A DNA stretch of 58,875 nucleotides from a virus (lineage: Duplodnaviria; Caudoviricetes). This document shows, in pieces, positions 28,514-36,901 of the stretch. Every line of letters begins with the position of its first letter. Positions within the stretch are counted from its first letter, which is position 1. A program made the position numbers and the translations under genes. The notes below the pieces were generated by a model. That model had not been told where the DNA came from. It ran no database searches and worked only from the letters and a program-made list of their open reading frames with translations. The stretch spans positions 1 to 58,875 of the IMG/VR virus record IMGVR_UViG_3300044742_000342; one strand, written 5' to 3'.

Positions 28514-29076
28514 TAGCCACCTAAACTTTCTCCGGCGATTTCAACACCCACAGTTATATCGTGATTTACAACCTCCCGTTTGGCGAGATCTTCGTCCTCG
28601 ATATCCTGTGACTGTCGCCGGTCTAGTTGTTCTGATCGAACTTTGACACTCGTAACGTACGAGAGTCCTAGCTTTGGGCCACCCGCTCTTATCGCCTGAC
28701 GCGATTGTGCAGCGAGTCCCGAGCTTTCGTTGAGGCTCAGTAGCTGACTAGTAGTAGTGAGCCTAAATATGTACTCGTGCTTTTCCATCCAGTCGGATGG
28801 ACCACCCGGAGCATGAGTCTGGAACGTCTCACCCTCTGTGTAGAAGCTGAAACTTCCTGTCTTAGTAATCAGGCGAGCAGACGCCCGATCACCATCGGCG
28901 TTGTTAGGCTTGTCAGGATTTTCATCGCCCTCGAGATCATCAAATCTGATCCGGTTACCTTCTGGCACCAAAGCTGCCCATATAGGATCAGCCATCAGAA
29001 GTTGCCAGAGCTTTTGATAAATCTCAAGTTCAATGTTCTTAGCAGCCATTTCTGCTCCTAAACCCCTAGTGGGCAT
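28513..29076 (-). CDS. Putative tail terminator / head-tail joining protein
   Basis: IY-x-x-L...RI-x-F...P pattern; position. Confidence 0.5.
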   Translation of the reverse strand: MPTRGLGAEMAAKNIELEIYQKLWQLLMADPIWAALVPEGNRIRFDDLEGDENPDKPNNADGDRASARLITKTGSFSFYTEGETFQTHAPGGPSDWMEKHEYIFRLTTTSQLLSLNESSGLAAQSRQAIRAGGPKLGLSYVTSVKVRSEQLDRRQSQDIEDEDLAKREVVNHDITVGVEIAGESLGG

Positions 29077-29106
29077 GCACCACTAGGAGCTGCAAAGGAA
29101 CATCCA

Positions 29107-29484
29107 CTACTCATCCTCGGGCTCAGGAGCCTCGCCTTCGCCTTCGGGTTCAGGCTGCGCCGCCTGAATTGCATCGATAATCTGCTCTTTCGTCATCCGG
29201 GTTGTGACCTCGACGTCGGCCTTCTCGGCGTAGTCGAGCAACTGCGCCTTGGTGAGTGTGTTCAGATCCACAGTCTCCTCACCAGTGGTTCCGCCGGAAC
29301 TCACATTCTCTGGACCATTAGGAAGAGGCGACGAGCTTTCAGGATCTTCGGTTTCCTCAACCGCACCAAGACCAAGAAGGCGATTGACGTCAATTCTGCT
29401 TGCAGCCAGCTCCTCACCCGAAACGACTCGGCCAAAGGGATACGGACCGACCATGGTATGCTTTACGAGATAGTTCATTTGCAT
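29107..29484 (-). CDS. Capsid-adjacent protein with HeH/Rho-N-like domain
   Basis: RLLGLGAVE; LTKAQL-x-x-YA...TKEQIIDAI. Confidence 0.65.
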   Translation of the reverse strand: MQMNYLVKHTMVGPYPFGRVVSGEELAASRIDVNRLLGLGAVEETEDPESSSPLPNGPENVSSGGTTGEETVDLNTLTKAQLLDYAEKADVEVTTRMTKEQIIDAIQAAQPEPEGEGEAPEPEDE

Positions 29485-29522
29485 CTCCTAAAAGGGGACG
29501 CCCTTCTCTGGAGGAGAAGAGT

Positions 29523-30575
29523 CTAGACGTTCATTACGACCACTGCCGACGGATAGAAGATCGTCGGGCCACCATTGTGGCCACGATGAATCTCGATATT
29601 CGCCGGAGTACGCTTCTCGGCCAGAACGCCGTTGGCGCGATCGATCGTGTACTGATACGAGCCGGGTTGGAAATTGTTGCTGGCGTTACGAGTGGTAATG
29701 TACTGACCAAGTCGTGCACCAGAAGTACGACGACCAATGACAACGACGAGGTTGTCGGGAATGAACTTCTTGAACGTACCAGCAATTCCGCCCGGAGCTG
29801 CCGGAACATATCCTTCGTCGTACACCTGGACCTTGGGTAAGTTTTGGCCCAGAAGGAACTGGTTGATGTCGTTAAGGGAATTGAACGTACCGCCACTGCC
29901 GATTCTGCGACCAGCCAGGTCACTGGCATTGGTGTTGTTGAGCAGGTTGTTGGCAGTGACGCTGTTCATGTAGGCCGTTGCTCCAGAACCCAGATCAACA
30001 CTCTTCCCGAGGGCCAACTGCTGAACGCTCTGGAAGTTACGCGCGGGCGTAGCCGTGGCAATTGTGCTCCACGGAATGGCCGCCGTAAAGGTCTGGATCA
30101 CATAGGTGTCACTATATCCGATCATGACACCCTGCGGCCCGGCGATATCGATTTTGATCGTGCCGGTTGTGAGGAGCGTCCAGTTCGAGGACTCAATTCG
30201 ATCGAGTTCGCGAGCGATCAATTGCCGTTGAGCGTCAACGACCAGGTCTTGGACGTTAATCGGCACAGCGCTGACATCTACAGAACCTGCACGAATAGTC
30301 AGTTCCTGCTCGGTGATGTCGATGAATTCGCCGAACACACCAGGCTCGTACTCGAAGGTCTTCTGTCCAACTCGATTGACATGGGTGGGTTGACCATCCA
30401 TGCCTCTGAGGTGCTGAAGACCGAAGTAGTTATCCTGCTGTGACCAGCGGACTTTGGCGGCATTTACGGATTGGATAGGCAGCAGTTCGATGCCGACACG
30501 ACCTGCTGATCCACGCTGTACAAGCTCCGGCTCAATTTGCCGAAGCTCGTACGAAGTGGGATAAATGAAAGGCAT
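29523..30575 (-). CDS. Major capsid protein (lambda gpE-like)
   Basis: 350 aa; PWS...TP, VYDEGY...KFIPDN motifs; follows the decoration gene. Confidence 0.85.
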   Translation of the reverse strand: MPFIYPTSYELRQIEPELVQRGSAGRVGIELLPIQSVNAAKVRWSQQDNYFGLQHLRGMDGQPTHVNRVGQKTFEYEPGVFGEFIDITEQELTIRAGSVDVSAVPINVQDLVVDAQRQLIARELDRIESSNWTLLTTGTIKIDIAGPQGVMIGYSDTYVIQTFTAAIPWSTIATATPARNFQSVQQLALGKSVDLGSGATAYMNSVTANNLLNNTNASDLAGRRIGSGGTFNSLNDINQFLLGQNLPKVQVYDEGYVPAAPGGIAGTFKKFIPDNLVVVIGRRTSGARLGQYITTRNASNNFQPGSYQYTIDRANGVLAEKRTPANIEIHRGHNGGPTIFYPSAVVVMNV

Positions 30576-30620
30576 AGGTTTCTCCTTGTGGAAGTTGAAG
30601 CAAAGGGGATGTTGCTCCGA

Positions 30621-31370
30621 TTACGGCAGATGGATGAAGCCGTTAGGCAGGAGCTTAGAACCAGCCCAGTCGGTAAGGATGTTGGCCATTGACCGACCGC
30701 TGGCAGCCGTAGTGGCAACGCGTGCAAATGTCTGGGTGTTGGCAACACCACCATCCGTAGTTGTAGAGGCAACAGAGAACGCTACGCCAGCTACCTTGCC
30801 GGTTAGGACTACGGTAGATGTACCGCTTGCCGTGGCCACACCCGCCAGTTCGTTGTCGGCGTTCCAGAGAGCAATAATGCCGGCGGACACATTTGCGGCA
30901 GTAGTAGCTGTCGCCGTGAACGAAATCGCCTTGGTCGTCAGGTCGGGTCGAGTGTAGGTGAGGGTGAAGATGTCGCCGACCTCGATGGTAGCCGGAGTGA
31001 ACGTATCCACTTCAGCCACAAGTGCTGCCACACCGAGTTCATTGGGGTCAAACACGCCGCTTTCCCACACAGGCATGGTGGTCCAGGGACCGTTGCGCGT
31101 GGACACGGTCGTGGAATCACCAAGATACGCCAGTCCATTAGCGTCGGTCTTGAACGTATACATGGCGATTGCACTGGGGACCTGAGTGCCGTCACCGGCA
31201 CCATTTACGTAAGCGTACATCTTCTGATCGGCAGTCTTCTTCCCCAGAAAAGTGCCTTTGAGGATCGTCAGGTTTGGACCAAAGATCACTGCATTCTGAC
31301 GAGCGTCCTCAGGGCGCTGAGCAGGAGTCAGGATGTCTGCCAGACTGAATTGCTCAATCGTGGTAATCAT
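30621..31370 (-). CDS. Head decoration protein
   Basis: GTFLGK...DGTQVPSAI gpD-like motif; between protease and capsid. Confidence 0.7.
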   Translation of the reverse strand: MITTIEQFSLADILTPAQRPEDARQNAVIFGPNLTILKGTFLGKKTADQKMYAYVNGAGDGTQVPSAIAMYTFKTDANGLAYLGDSTTVSTRNGPWTTMPVWESGVFDPNELGVAALVAEVDTFTPATIEVGDIFTLTYTRPDLTTKAISFTATATTAANVSAGIIALWNADNELAGVATASGTSTVVLTGKVAGVAFSVASTTTDGGVANTQTFARVATTAASGRSMANILTDWAGSKLLPNGFIHLP

Positions 31371-31415
31371 AAAAACCTCTTTCTTCGTTCAGGTTGTTGG
31401 TGAAGGGATGAACGA

Positions 31416-32888
31416 CTACTTCCCAGCACCATTTGACGGCGCGATGCCGACGTGACCCAGGAGCTCGGCCCTGCGATCGGAGGTCATCGGCTTGTCCTCG
31501 GGCTTGTCCTTGCCGGGCTCGGTCCGAGGTGCAGGCTGGCCTGTCGTTTTCGGATCGAGGATGCCGCTGGGCTTGTTCTGCTGAAGGGCAGTCAGCATCG
31601 GTACATAGGGCATCGACCCGTCAGCCAGAGGCGTAAGCATAGCTGCGCTAGGCTGATCGCCAACAATGATCAGCTTCTTCAGTTCGGTGGCCTGAGCGGG
31701 CAGAATAAACTGCTTTTCCACCAGGAGATCGATACGCTCCTGAGCCACCAATGCGCGATCCTTCAGAACCTGGGGATCGATCACCTTGGGCACCTGCTTC
31801 TGAACCGCATCAAGCTGCGTCTTCAGACTGGTGTTGGCCGTCTCCATGTCCTTATTGGCAGTTTGCAGTGCCAACCCTGCTGACAGTAGAAGCTCATCAG
31901 CGTTCTCTGTCGTGATTGCGCTCGTACCCGGCAGTTTCTTAGCCTGGACGAGTTGTTCAGCGGTGAGCATGGTTTTGCTCCTTTTCGCGGTCACTGGTAC
32001 CGTCCCTGGAACAGGACCGCGAGTCACTGATCCAGTACGAACACGTTCGGTCAATGCCTCGTAGGCCTGATCTGCTGAGCAAACCCGATCTACGAGTCCA
32101 ATATCTACTGCCCCCTGCCCTACATAGACGCGCGCAGTAACAATGTCCTTCAATTGTTCCGGCTTGAGTTTCCGGGCCTTTGCAACATCATTTTTGAAAG
32201 GCTCATTGATCTGATGCACAAGTCGAGTTATTTCCTCTTCATGCTCCTTAGTGATCGGCTGGCCTTCCGCTCCTATACCCTTGTACTTGCCGGTAGTGAA
32301 GATCCTGGGTTTCACTAACGATTTCTCAGCCAACTGAGATGAATCAGTTAGTCGAGCCATCGTCCCCAGAGAACCGACCTGTGCCATCGGACCACACGTA
32401 AACACCGGTGCTTGCGTGGCGATCCAGAGCATGCCGCTACACGCCAGGTCCTCAGCATGAACAGCAATAGGCTTGGCAGCGGCAAATCTCCTGATTGCTT
32501 CGGCCATCTCAGGCGTCCCATTGGCTGTTCCTCCTGGACTGTCGGCATCTACGTATACACCCCTTACAGCCGGGTCATTTCTAGCCTGTAAAAGTACATC
32601 ACGCATTTGCATCATACTGGTGCCGCCAAACAGAGACTGGAAAGACGTCGGGTACTTTGTCAGTGGACCCGACATTTGTAACCGAGCAATACCGTTCGCG
32701 TCCACCTTATACGGCTCCTCGGCAAAGGAGTCATTGGCTGACTGACTCCGTTCCTGGTAGATCTGTAGCTGCTTACTCTCCACGATAGCCCACGCCGAGT
32801 TCACCCAGCTGTCCAGATGTTCTACCAGACACAGCCACTGTCCATAAAGCGTATCAATCCGGCATCCTTCTAGATTGTATCTGATCAT
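31416..32888 (-). CDS. S49 prohead protease with C-terminal scaffold
   Basis: DSPGG, ACSG-x-x-WIA, VGSLG, GKYK, GLVD. Confidence 0.9.
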   Translation of the reverse strand: MIRYNLEGCRIDTLYGQWLCLVEHLDSWVNSAWAIVESKQLQIYQERSQSANDSFAEEPYKVDANGIARLQMSGPLTKYPTSFQSLFGGTSMMQMRDVLLQARNDPAVRGVYVDADSPGGTANGTPEMAEAIRRFAAAKPIAVHAEDLACSGMLWIATQAPVFTCGPMAQVGSLGTMARLTDSSQLAEKSLVKPRIFTTGKYKGIGAEGQPITKEHEEEITRLVHQINEPFKNDVAKARKLKPEQLKDIVTARVYVGQGAVDIGLVDRVCSADQAYEALTERVRTGSVTRGPVPGTVPVTAKRSKTMLTAEQLVQAKKLPGTSAITTENADELLLSAGLALQTANKDMETANTSLKTQLDAVQKQVPKVIDPQVLKDRALVAQERIDLLVEKQFILPAQATELKKLIIVGDQPSAAMLTPLADGSMPYVPMLTALQQNKPSGILDPKTTGQPAPRTEPGKDKPEDKPMTSDRRAELLGHVGIAPSNGAGK

Positions 32889-32918
32889 TATGCTGCGCCA
32901 CTTTCTGGAGAAGATGTG

Positions 32919-34427
32919 CTATGCGACTTTCTTGGGACGACCACCTTGAGGTTCGCCGCCGGACGCTTTCTCCTGCTGTCTTGACTTGGCCTTAGCTCGT
33001 TTTTCCTTTGTGGTTGTAACGGCCTGAGCATCGAACGTCTTCTTACGAGTGATCTGGAGCACATCCATTGCCCTGTCCATATCGGCTGTCTTGATGACTT
33101 CTTCCACGACCTCAGGGTCATTAAGGAGAGCAAGCAGGAAGGCCCGGAGAATAGACGTCTTACGGTCAATGAGCGACGGTGTCTTGATGATAATCTTGTC
33201 CACGGCCTTGGCCGAGAAGTTCAGGACTACGAAGTTATTAACAAGACACTGGCACTTTTTTGCAAAGGCTTCGTCCTCAGTCTCGGCAATCACCGTGCCA
33301 GTGTCTGTGTGCACGCCAGCATCCTCCTTGGCGCCATGCTCGGCTTCCAGACCTACACGGGCAGATCGGAGTCCGGCGTTGAACATCAGCTCTTCCTCGT
33401 GCTTCATCTTGTCCAGGATCGGTGACAAGGCCTGGGACTGCTGACCAAAGTCTAGGACATTGATGTTGGTGAGTGATTTACCGGCGAGTTCAATCAGGAC
33501 CTTCATCGCGTCGATGTTGCCTTTGGCATCGGGAGCAAGTCCGAGGCTGGGGAACCATACTCCCGCTGCTCCAGCCGCCAGTGCCTTGATCACGATTTTG
33601 GCATTTTCCTCATAACTCACTTTCGTAGCCTGCCCATTGGCGTCCAATGGTCCCGGAAATGTACCAGCAGGAGACGTGATTACTGTTACGATGCCAGTGA
33701 TCTTGGCACCCAGCTTCTGAAGTTGTTGCGCCGAATCTAACCAGCCGCGCCAGGCCGTCATCCGAGCATTCTCAAGCCATGACCGGCCATAGGGGTTGTC
33801 GCACTCGGGATCATAGGCGTAATGAAAGCCCTTGTACGGCATTGTCAGGTCAATGTATGACTCCCCGCCCTGAGTGCCTTCCGGTACGGCATTGTTACGT
33901 AATCCCGTTATGTTGCCGTACTTGTCCCTGAGCACGTCGGTGATATCCTGAAGGACCGGCTTCACGCGAGCGAGATCATATCGTCCATCCTTGTACTGCC
34001 AGATCTGCTCTCCGCCGCTCCAGCCCATATCTCTCCCAGAGATATAAAAGTCCCTGATCAGATCAGACCGAAGCCGGTTAAATGTAAGCTTGACAGCCTC
34101 CACCCATTCAGTAGGAATACTCTTGTCCAAAGCCTCATACTCCCAGCTGGAGGCCAGGATCGGCGCTGTTGAGATCGCTCTTACCAAGCGCAGAACTGGG
34201 TGCTGGAGCATCCACCTGTACACAGTGTAAGTGCCGGTATACAGATAGTTGTAACCGGGGAACGCCATCGGATTATCAGAGGTTCCCGCATTGGCGAACA
34301 GCATGCTTCCCAGAGCGTAAGCCAGATTCATGATCCTGGCCTTGTCGTCAGGGAGCTGCTTGGCGGTCAGCTCGTCCATTCGATTGGGCGGAGCCTCGTA
34401 CTTGCCCTTTTCAGTCCTAATTGGCAT
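32919..34427 (-). CDS. Portal protein (Mu gp29/DUF935-like)
   Basis: GWS-x-x-E-x-x-W, NPYGRS-x-L, A-x-VH; follows TerL; start set at MPIRTEK. Confidence 0.8.
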   Translation of the reverse strand: MPIRTEKGKYEAPPNRMDELTAKQLPDDKARIMNLAYALGSMLFANAGTSDNPMAFPGYNYLYTGTYTVYRWMLQHPVLRLVRAISTAPILASSWEYEALDKSIPTEWVEAVKLTFNRLRSDLIRDFYISGRDMGWSGGEQIWQYKDGRYDLARVKPVLQDITDVLRDKYGNITGLRNNAVPEGTQGGESYIDLTMPYKGFHYAYDPECDNPYGRSWLENARMTAWRGWLDSAQQLQKLGAKITGIVTVITSPAGTFPGPLDANGQATKVSYEENAKIVIKALAAGAAGVWFPSLGLAPDAKGNIDAMKVLIELAGKSLTNINVLDFGQQSQALSPILDKMKHEEELMFNAGLRSARVGLEAEHGAKEDAGVHTDTGTVIAETEDEAFAKKCQCLVNNFVVLNFSAKAVDKIIIKTPSLIDRKTSILRAFLLALLNDPEVVEEVIKTADMDRAMDVLQITRKKTFDAQAVTTTKEKRAKAKSRQQEKASGGEPQGGRPKKVA

Positions 34428-34428
34428 G

Positions 34429-35814
34429 TTAGTTGCTCCTATACACAGCGACCGCCATTGCCGATGTTGTGACAAGTGTCATGCCGGCGATGTTATCTAC
34501 GTAACACACACCATACCTCATGGTGTCCATCCCATGGTCGTCCTTCTTAACAGGCTCTTCCTTCACCGGCTTGCCATCTTTGTCCTTAGGATACACATAT
34601 CCGTCAAACTCATCCTCTGTCCGATCTGGGAGACCGACAGCTTTAAGTGCCGTATCTTCCTCAACAAGAGAGTCTCGACAGATAAAGAGGGTCGGTCGCA
34701 CATGCTGTTCGTGACGTAGTCGGAGATTGACTGCTTCAATTCCCGGTGTAATTGCTTTATGCGCCGGAATCGTGAAGATGCCTTGTTCGTGGAGCGTAGC
34801 ACGATCTTCAGCGTCATGATCTGATATCGTCGCTTCGTAATTCTCCCCCTCGGAGTACCGACGTATCGTTTGAGCATGATCAGCCACCAGCCTTTTGGTG
34901 AAGTAGATCTGTCGGTACAAGAACATTACGTCGTCAGGACTAATCGCCCACCACTGACATACGAATGGGTTCTTATACCCGAAGTCAATCACCCGTATCC
35001 TGCGCCAGTTGGACTCAATCCTAGGACGCGGCACCATATGGACAAAGGGGTCCCAGCTTTCATATACCATACCCTCTGATGCCGCCCAGATACCTTTACG
35101 AAGGCGGAGGTACCTCGCCCCAGAAAGTCGCTCCAGCCGCCGCATGTATGCTGAGCCATTAGGCGTCATCGTGCCGTCGCGATTGAACAACACAGGGTTA
35201 TCCTCATGCCGGGATAAGAGCCGAGTCATCTTGTCTGTATTGGCTCTAGCATTCAGCCAGTGATTTGGCGAGCCAGGATTACAGTCCAGGATGATTTGCT
35301 GGTACGGCATACGACCATTGCGCAAGCGAGTTGTTAGGCTCTCGTGATCCTCTTCAGTGAGTTCAGTAGCCTCAAAGCCAGCAATGATATCGTACTCAGT
35401 AGACATAATCTTCGAGGCCTTGTCCATACCACCAATGACAAACTCGGAGCCATTAGGGTAGCGATAGGTCTGACGGAGATTTCTTTGAGGCCCACGGAGC
35501 ATGGGAGAGCCCTCGGGAATCACCTTGTCCTCGTAGGTCCAGAGAGCGGACTCTGTCATGCTCTCACGAGTTTTGCGGACGCCAAGCACACGGAGCCTCG
35601 AGTACTTCATACAACAGAAGTTGATCTTCTCCAGGATAGCCCGTGTCTTGCCAGTACCTGCTGGGCCATCCATCAGGATTTCCTCATCACGGCAACTCCA
35701 CAATGTCCGAGCTGCTCCGTAGGCGCAGTAGGCTTTCTGCTTTACCGAATCATACTCCGGTGGAGCCACGCGCGGGCGCTTGCGAACATAAATGGGTGTG
35801 ATCTGCTGGATCAT
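34429..35814 (-). CDS. terL: Terminase large subunit (PBSX-like)
   Basis: GPAGTGKT, FEATE, DCNP, IDFGYKNP, DDHGMDTMRY. Confidence 0.95.
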   Translation of the reverse strand: MIQQITPIYVRKRPRVAPPEYDSVKQKAYCAYGAARTLWSCRDEEILMDGPAGTGKTRAILEKINFCCMKYSRLRVLGVRKTRESMTESALWTYEDKVIPEGSPMLRGPQRNLRQTYRYPNGSEFVIGGMDKASKIMSTEYDIIAGFEATELTEEDHESLTTRLRNGRMPYQQIILDCNPGSPNHWLNARANTDKMTRLLSRHEDNPVLFNRDGTMTPNGSAYMRRLERLSGARYLRLRKGIWAASEGMVYESWDPFVHMVPRPRIESNWRRIRVIDFGYKNPFVCQWWAISPDDVMFLYRQIYFTKRLVADHAQTIRRYSEGENYEATISDHDAEDRATLHEQGIFTIPAHKAITPGIEAVNLRLRHEQHVRPTLFICRDSLVEEDTALKAVGLPDRTEDEFDGYVYPKDKDGKPVKEEPVKKDDHGMDTMRYGVCYVDNIAGMTLVTTSAMAVAVYRSN

Positions 35815-36176
35815 GGGGTCTGAGGATCATTGTCGGCAGTAGGCATGCCGATATAGAGCTTGATGTTGTTGCCTTCGGCGTCGGCGATCCTGGAGGGCAC
35901 TTTGCCCTCTTCGCGGTCGATGAATTCCTTGGAGTGGATGAAACTGCCTCGCTCCATGAACTGAGCGTAAGCATTAGCGGCATCTTCCAGCCGCGTATTG
36001 TACGTTCCGTCAGGCATCCGAGAAGGCTCCATCAGGATCTCACGAACATAGTTCATGAACGTCTTGCGACTGCGCCGCGCCACTTTCTGGGGAAGAGGCT
36101 GCTCGCCCACCTGAATGGACGCAATTGTGGTAGGCTGAGCCCGCTTGACACGAACTAGAATTGTTCGATTGCTCAT
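35811..36176 (-). CDS. terS: Terminase small subunit
   Basis: Directly upstream of TerL; KE-x-x-DR-x-EGK motif. Confidence 0.7.
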   Translation of the reverse strand: MSNRTILVRVKRAQPTTIASIQVGEQPLPQKVARRSRKTFMNYVREILMEPSRMPDGTYNTRLEDAANAYAQFMERGSFIHSKEFIDREEGKVPSRIADAEGNNIKLYIGMPTADNDPQTP

Positions 36177-36901
36177 ACATCCTCCGTAATAACAGAGGCT
36201 GCGCCCACAACTAGATTTCCCCCAGAAGTTGCGTCGGCCACAGCCGGAAGGATTCGAACTCCAGCCCGGTACAGTCCCATTTCATCGTAGGTATTCTTCA
36301 GTAGCTTGCTGATTTTGTTGCCGGTGCGATCCTGGTCGGTCCAACCGCGTACATCGTACAAATCAGCGTAGGCAATGATCATTGCCCAGCGTTTCACCCT
36401 CGGCGGAACAACTCCTGCATTGGGTACAAAGCTGAGGGGGATGGAGTACATGCTGCCTCTGAACGACTCCTGAATTTCGCCGTATGCGTAGTCGAAGGCG
36501 TCTTGAACTGCATTCATGTCTGGGTTGGCATTCACATTCTGCTTGTTGGATGCTATGGCAATGTTCTTCAAACCCCATCGCCGAACAAACTCGTCCCAGG
36601 TGAAGTAGATTGACAATGGGATCGCCAGGACTCCGGTGACATTGAATTCACGACTCTGTGTCACCCCTAAGAAAGTCCAGCGGATCCAGTAGGTGTACGC
36701 AAGGGACGACACTGGTTCAACCAGTCCATACTGGTAAATTCCAGGACCGAGGTTAGGTAAAGGAGTACCAGCTGGTACCAGTACTTGATCAGTATCATTT
36801 CGCTTAATGCCAAATGTGTTGACTGGATCAGCGAACACGACTAAGTCGGCATTGATCATCCCGTCGTCATCTGTCTCATGTGTGAAGATAATATCGATCA
36901 T
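36173..36901 (-). CDS. Head-tail adaptor (Mu gp36/DUF1320-like) with N-terminal extra domain
   Basis: YFT-x-DE-x-x-x-R-x-G, A-x-x-EI...Y-x-x-PL, IA-x-x-x-LY pattern. Confidence 0.6.
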   Translation of the reverse strand: MIDIIFTHETDDDGMINADLVVFADPVNTFGIKRNDTDQVLVPAGTPLPNLGPGIYQYGLVEPVSSLAYTYWIRWTFLGVTQSREFNVTGVLAIPLSIYFTWDEFVRRWGLKNIAIASNKQNVNANPDMNAVQDAFDYAYGEIQESFRGSMYSIPLSFVPNAGVVPPRVKRWAMIIAYADLYDVRGWTDQDRTGNKISKLLKNTYDEMGLYRAGVRILPAVADATSGGNLVVGAASVITEDV

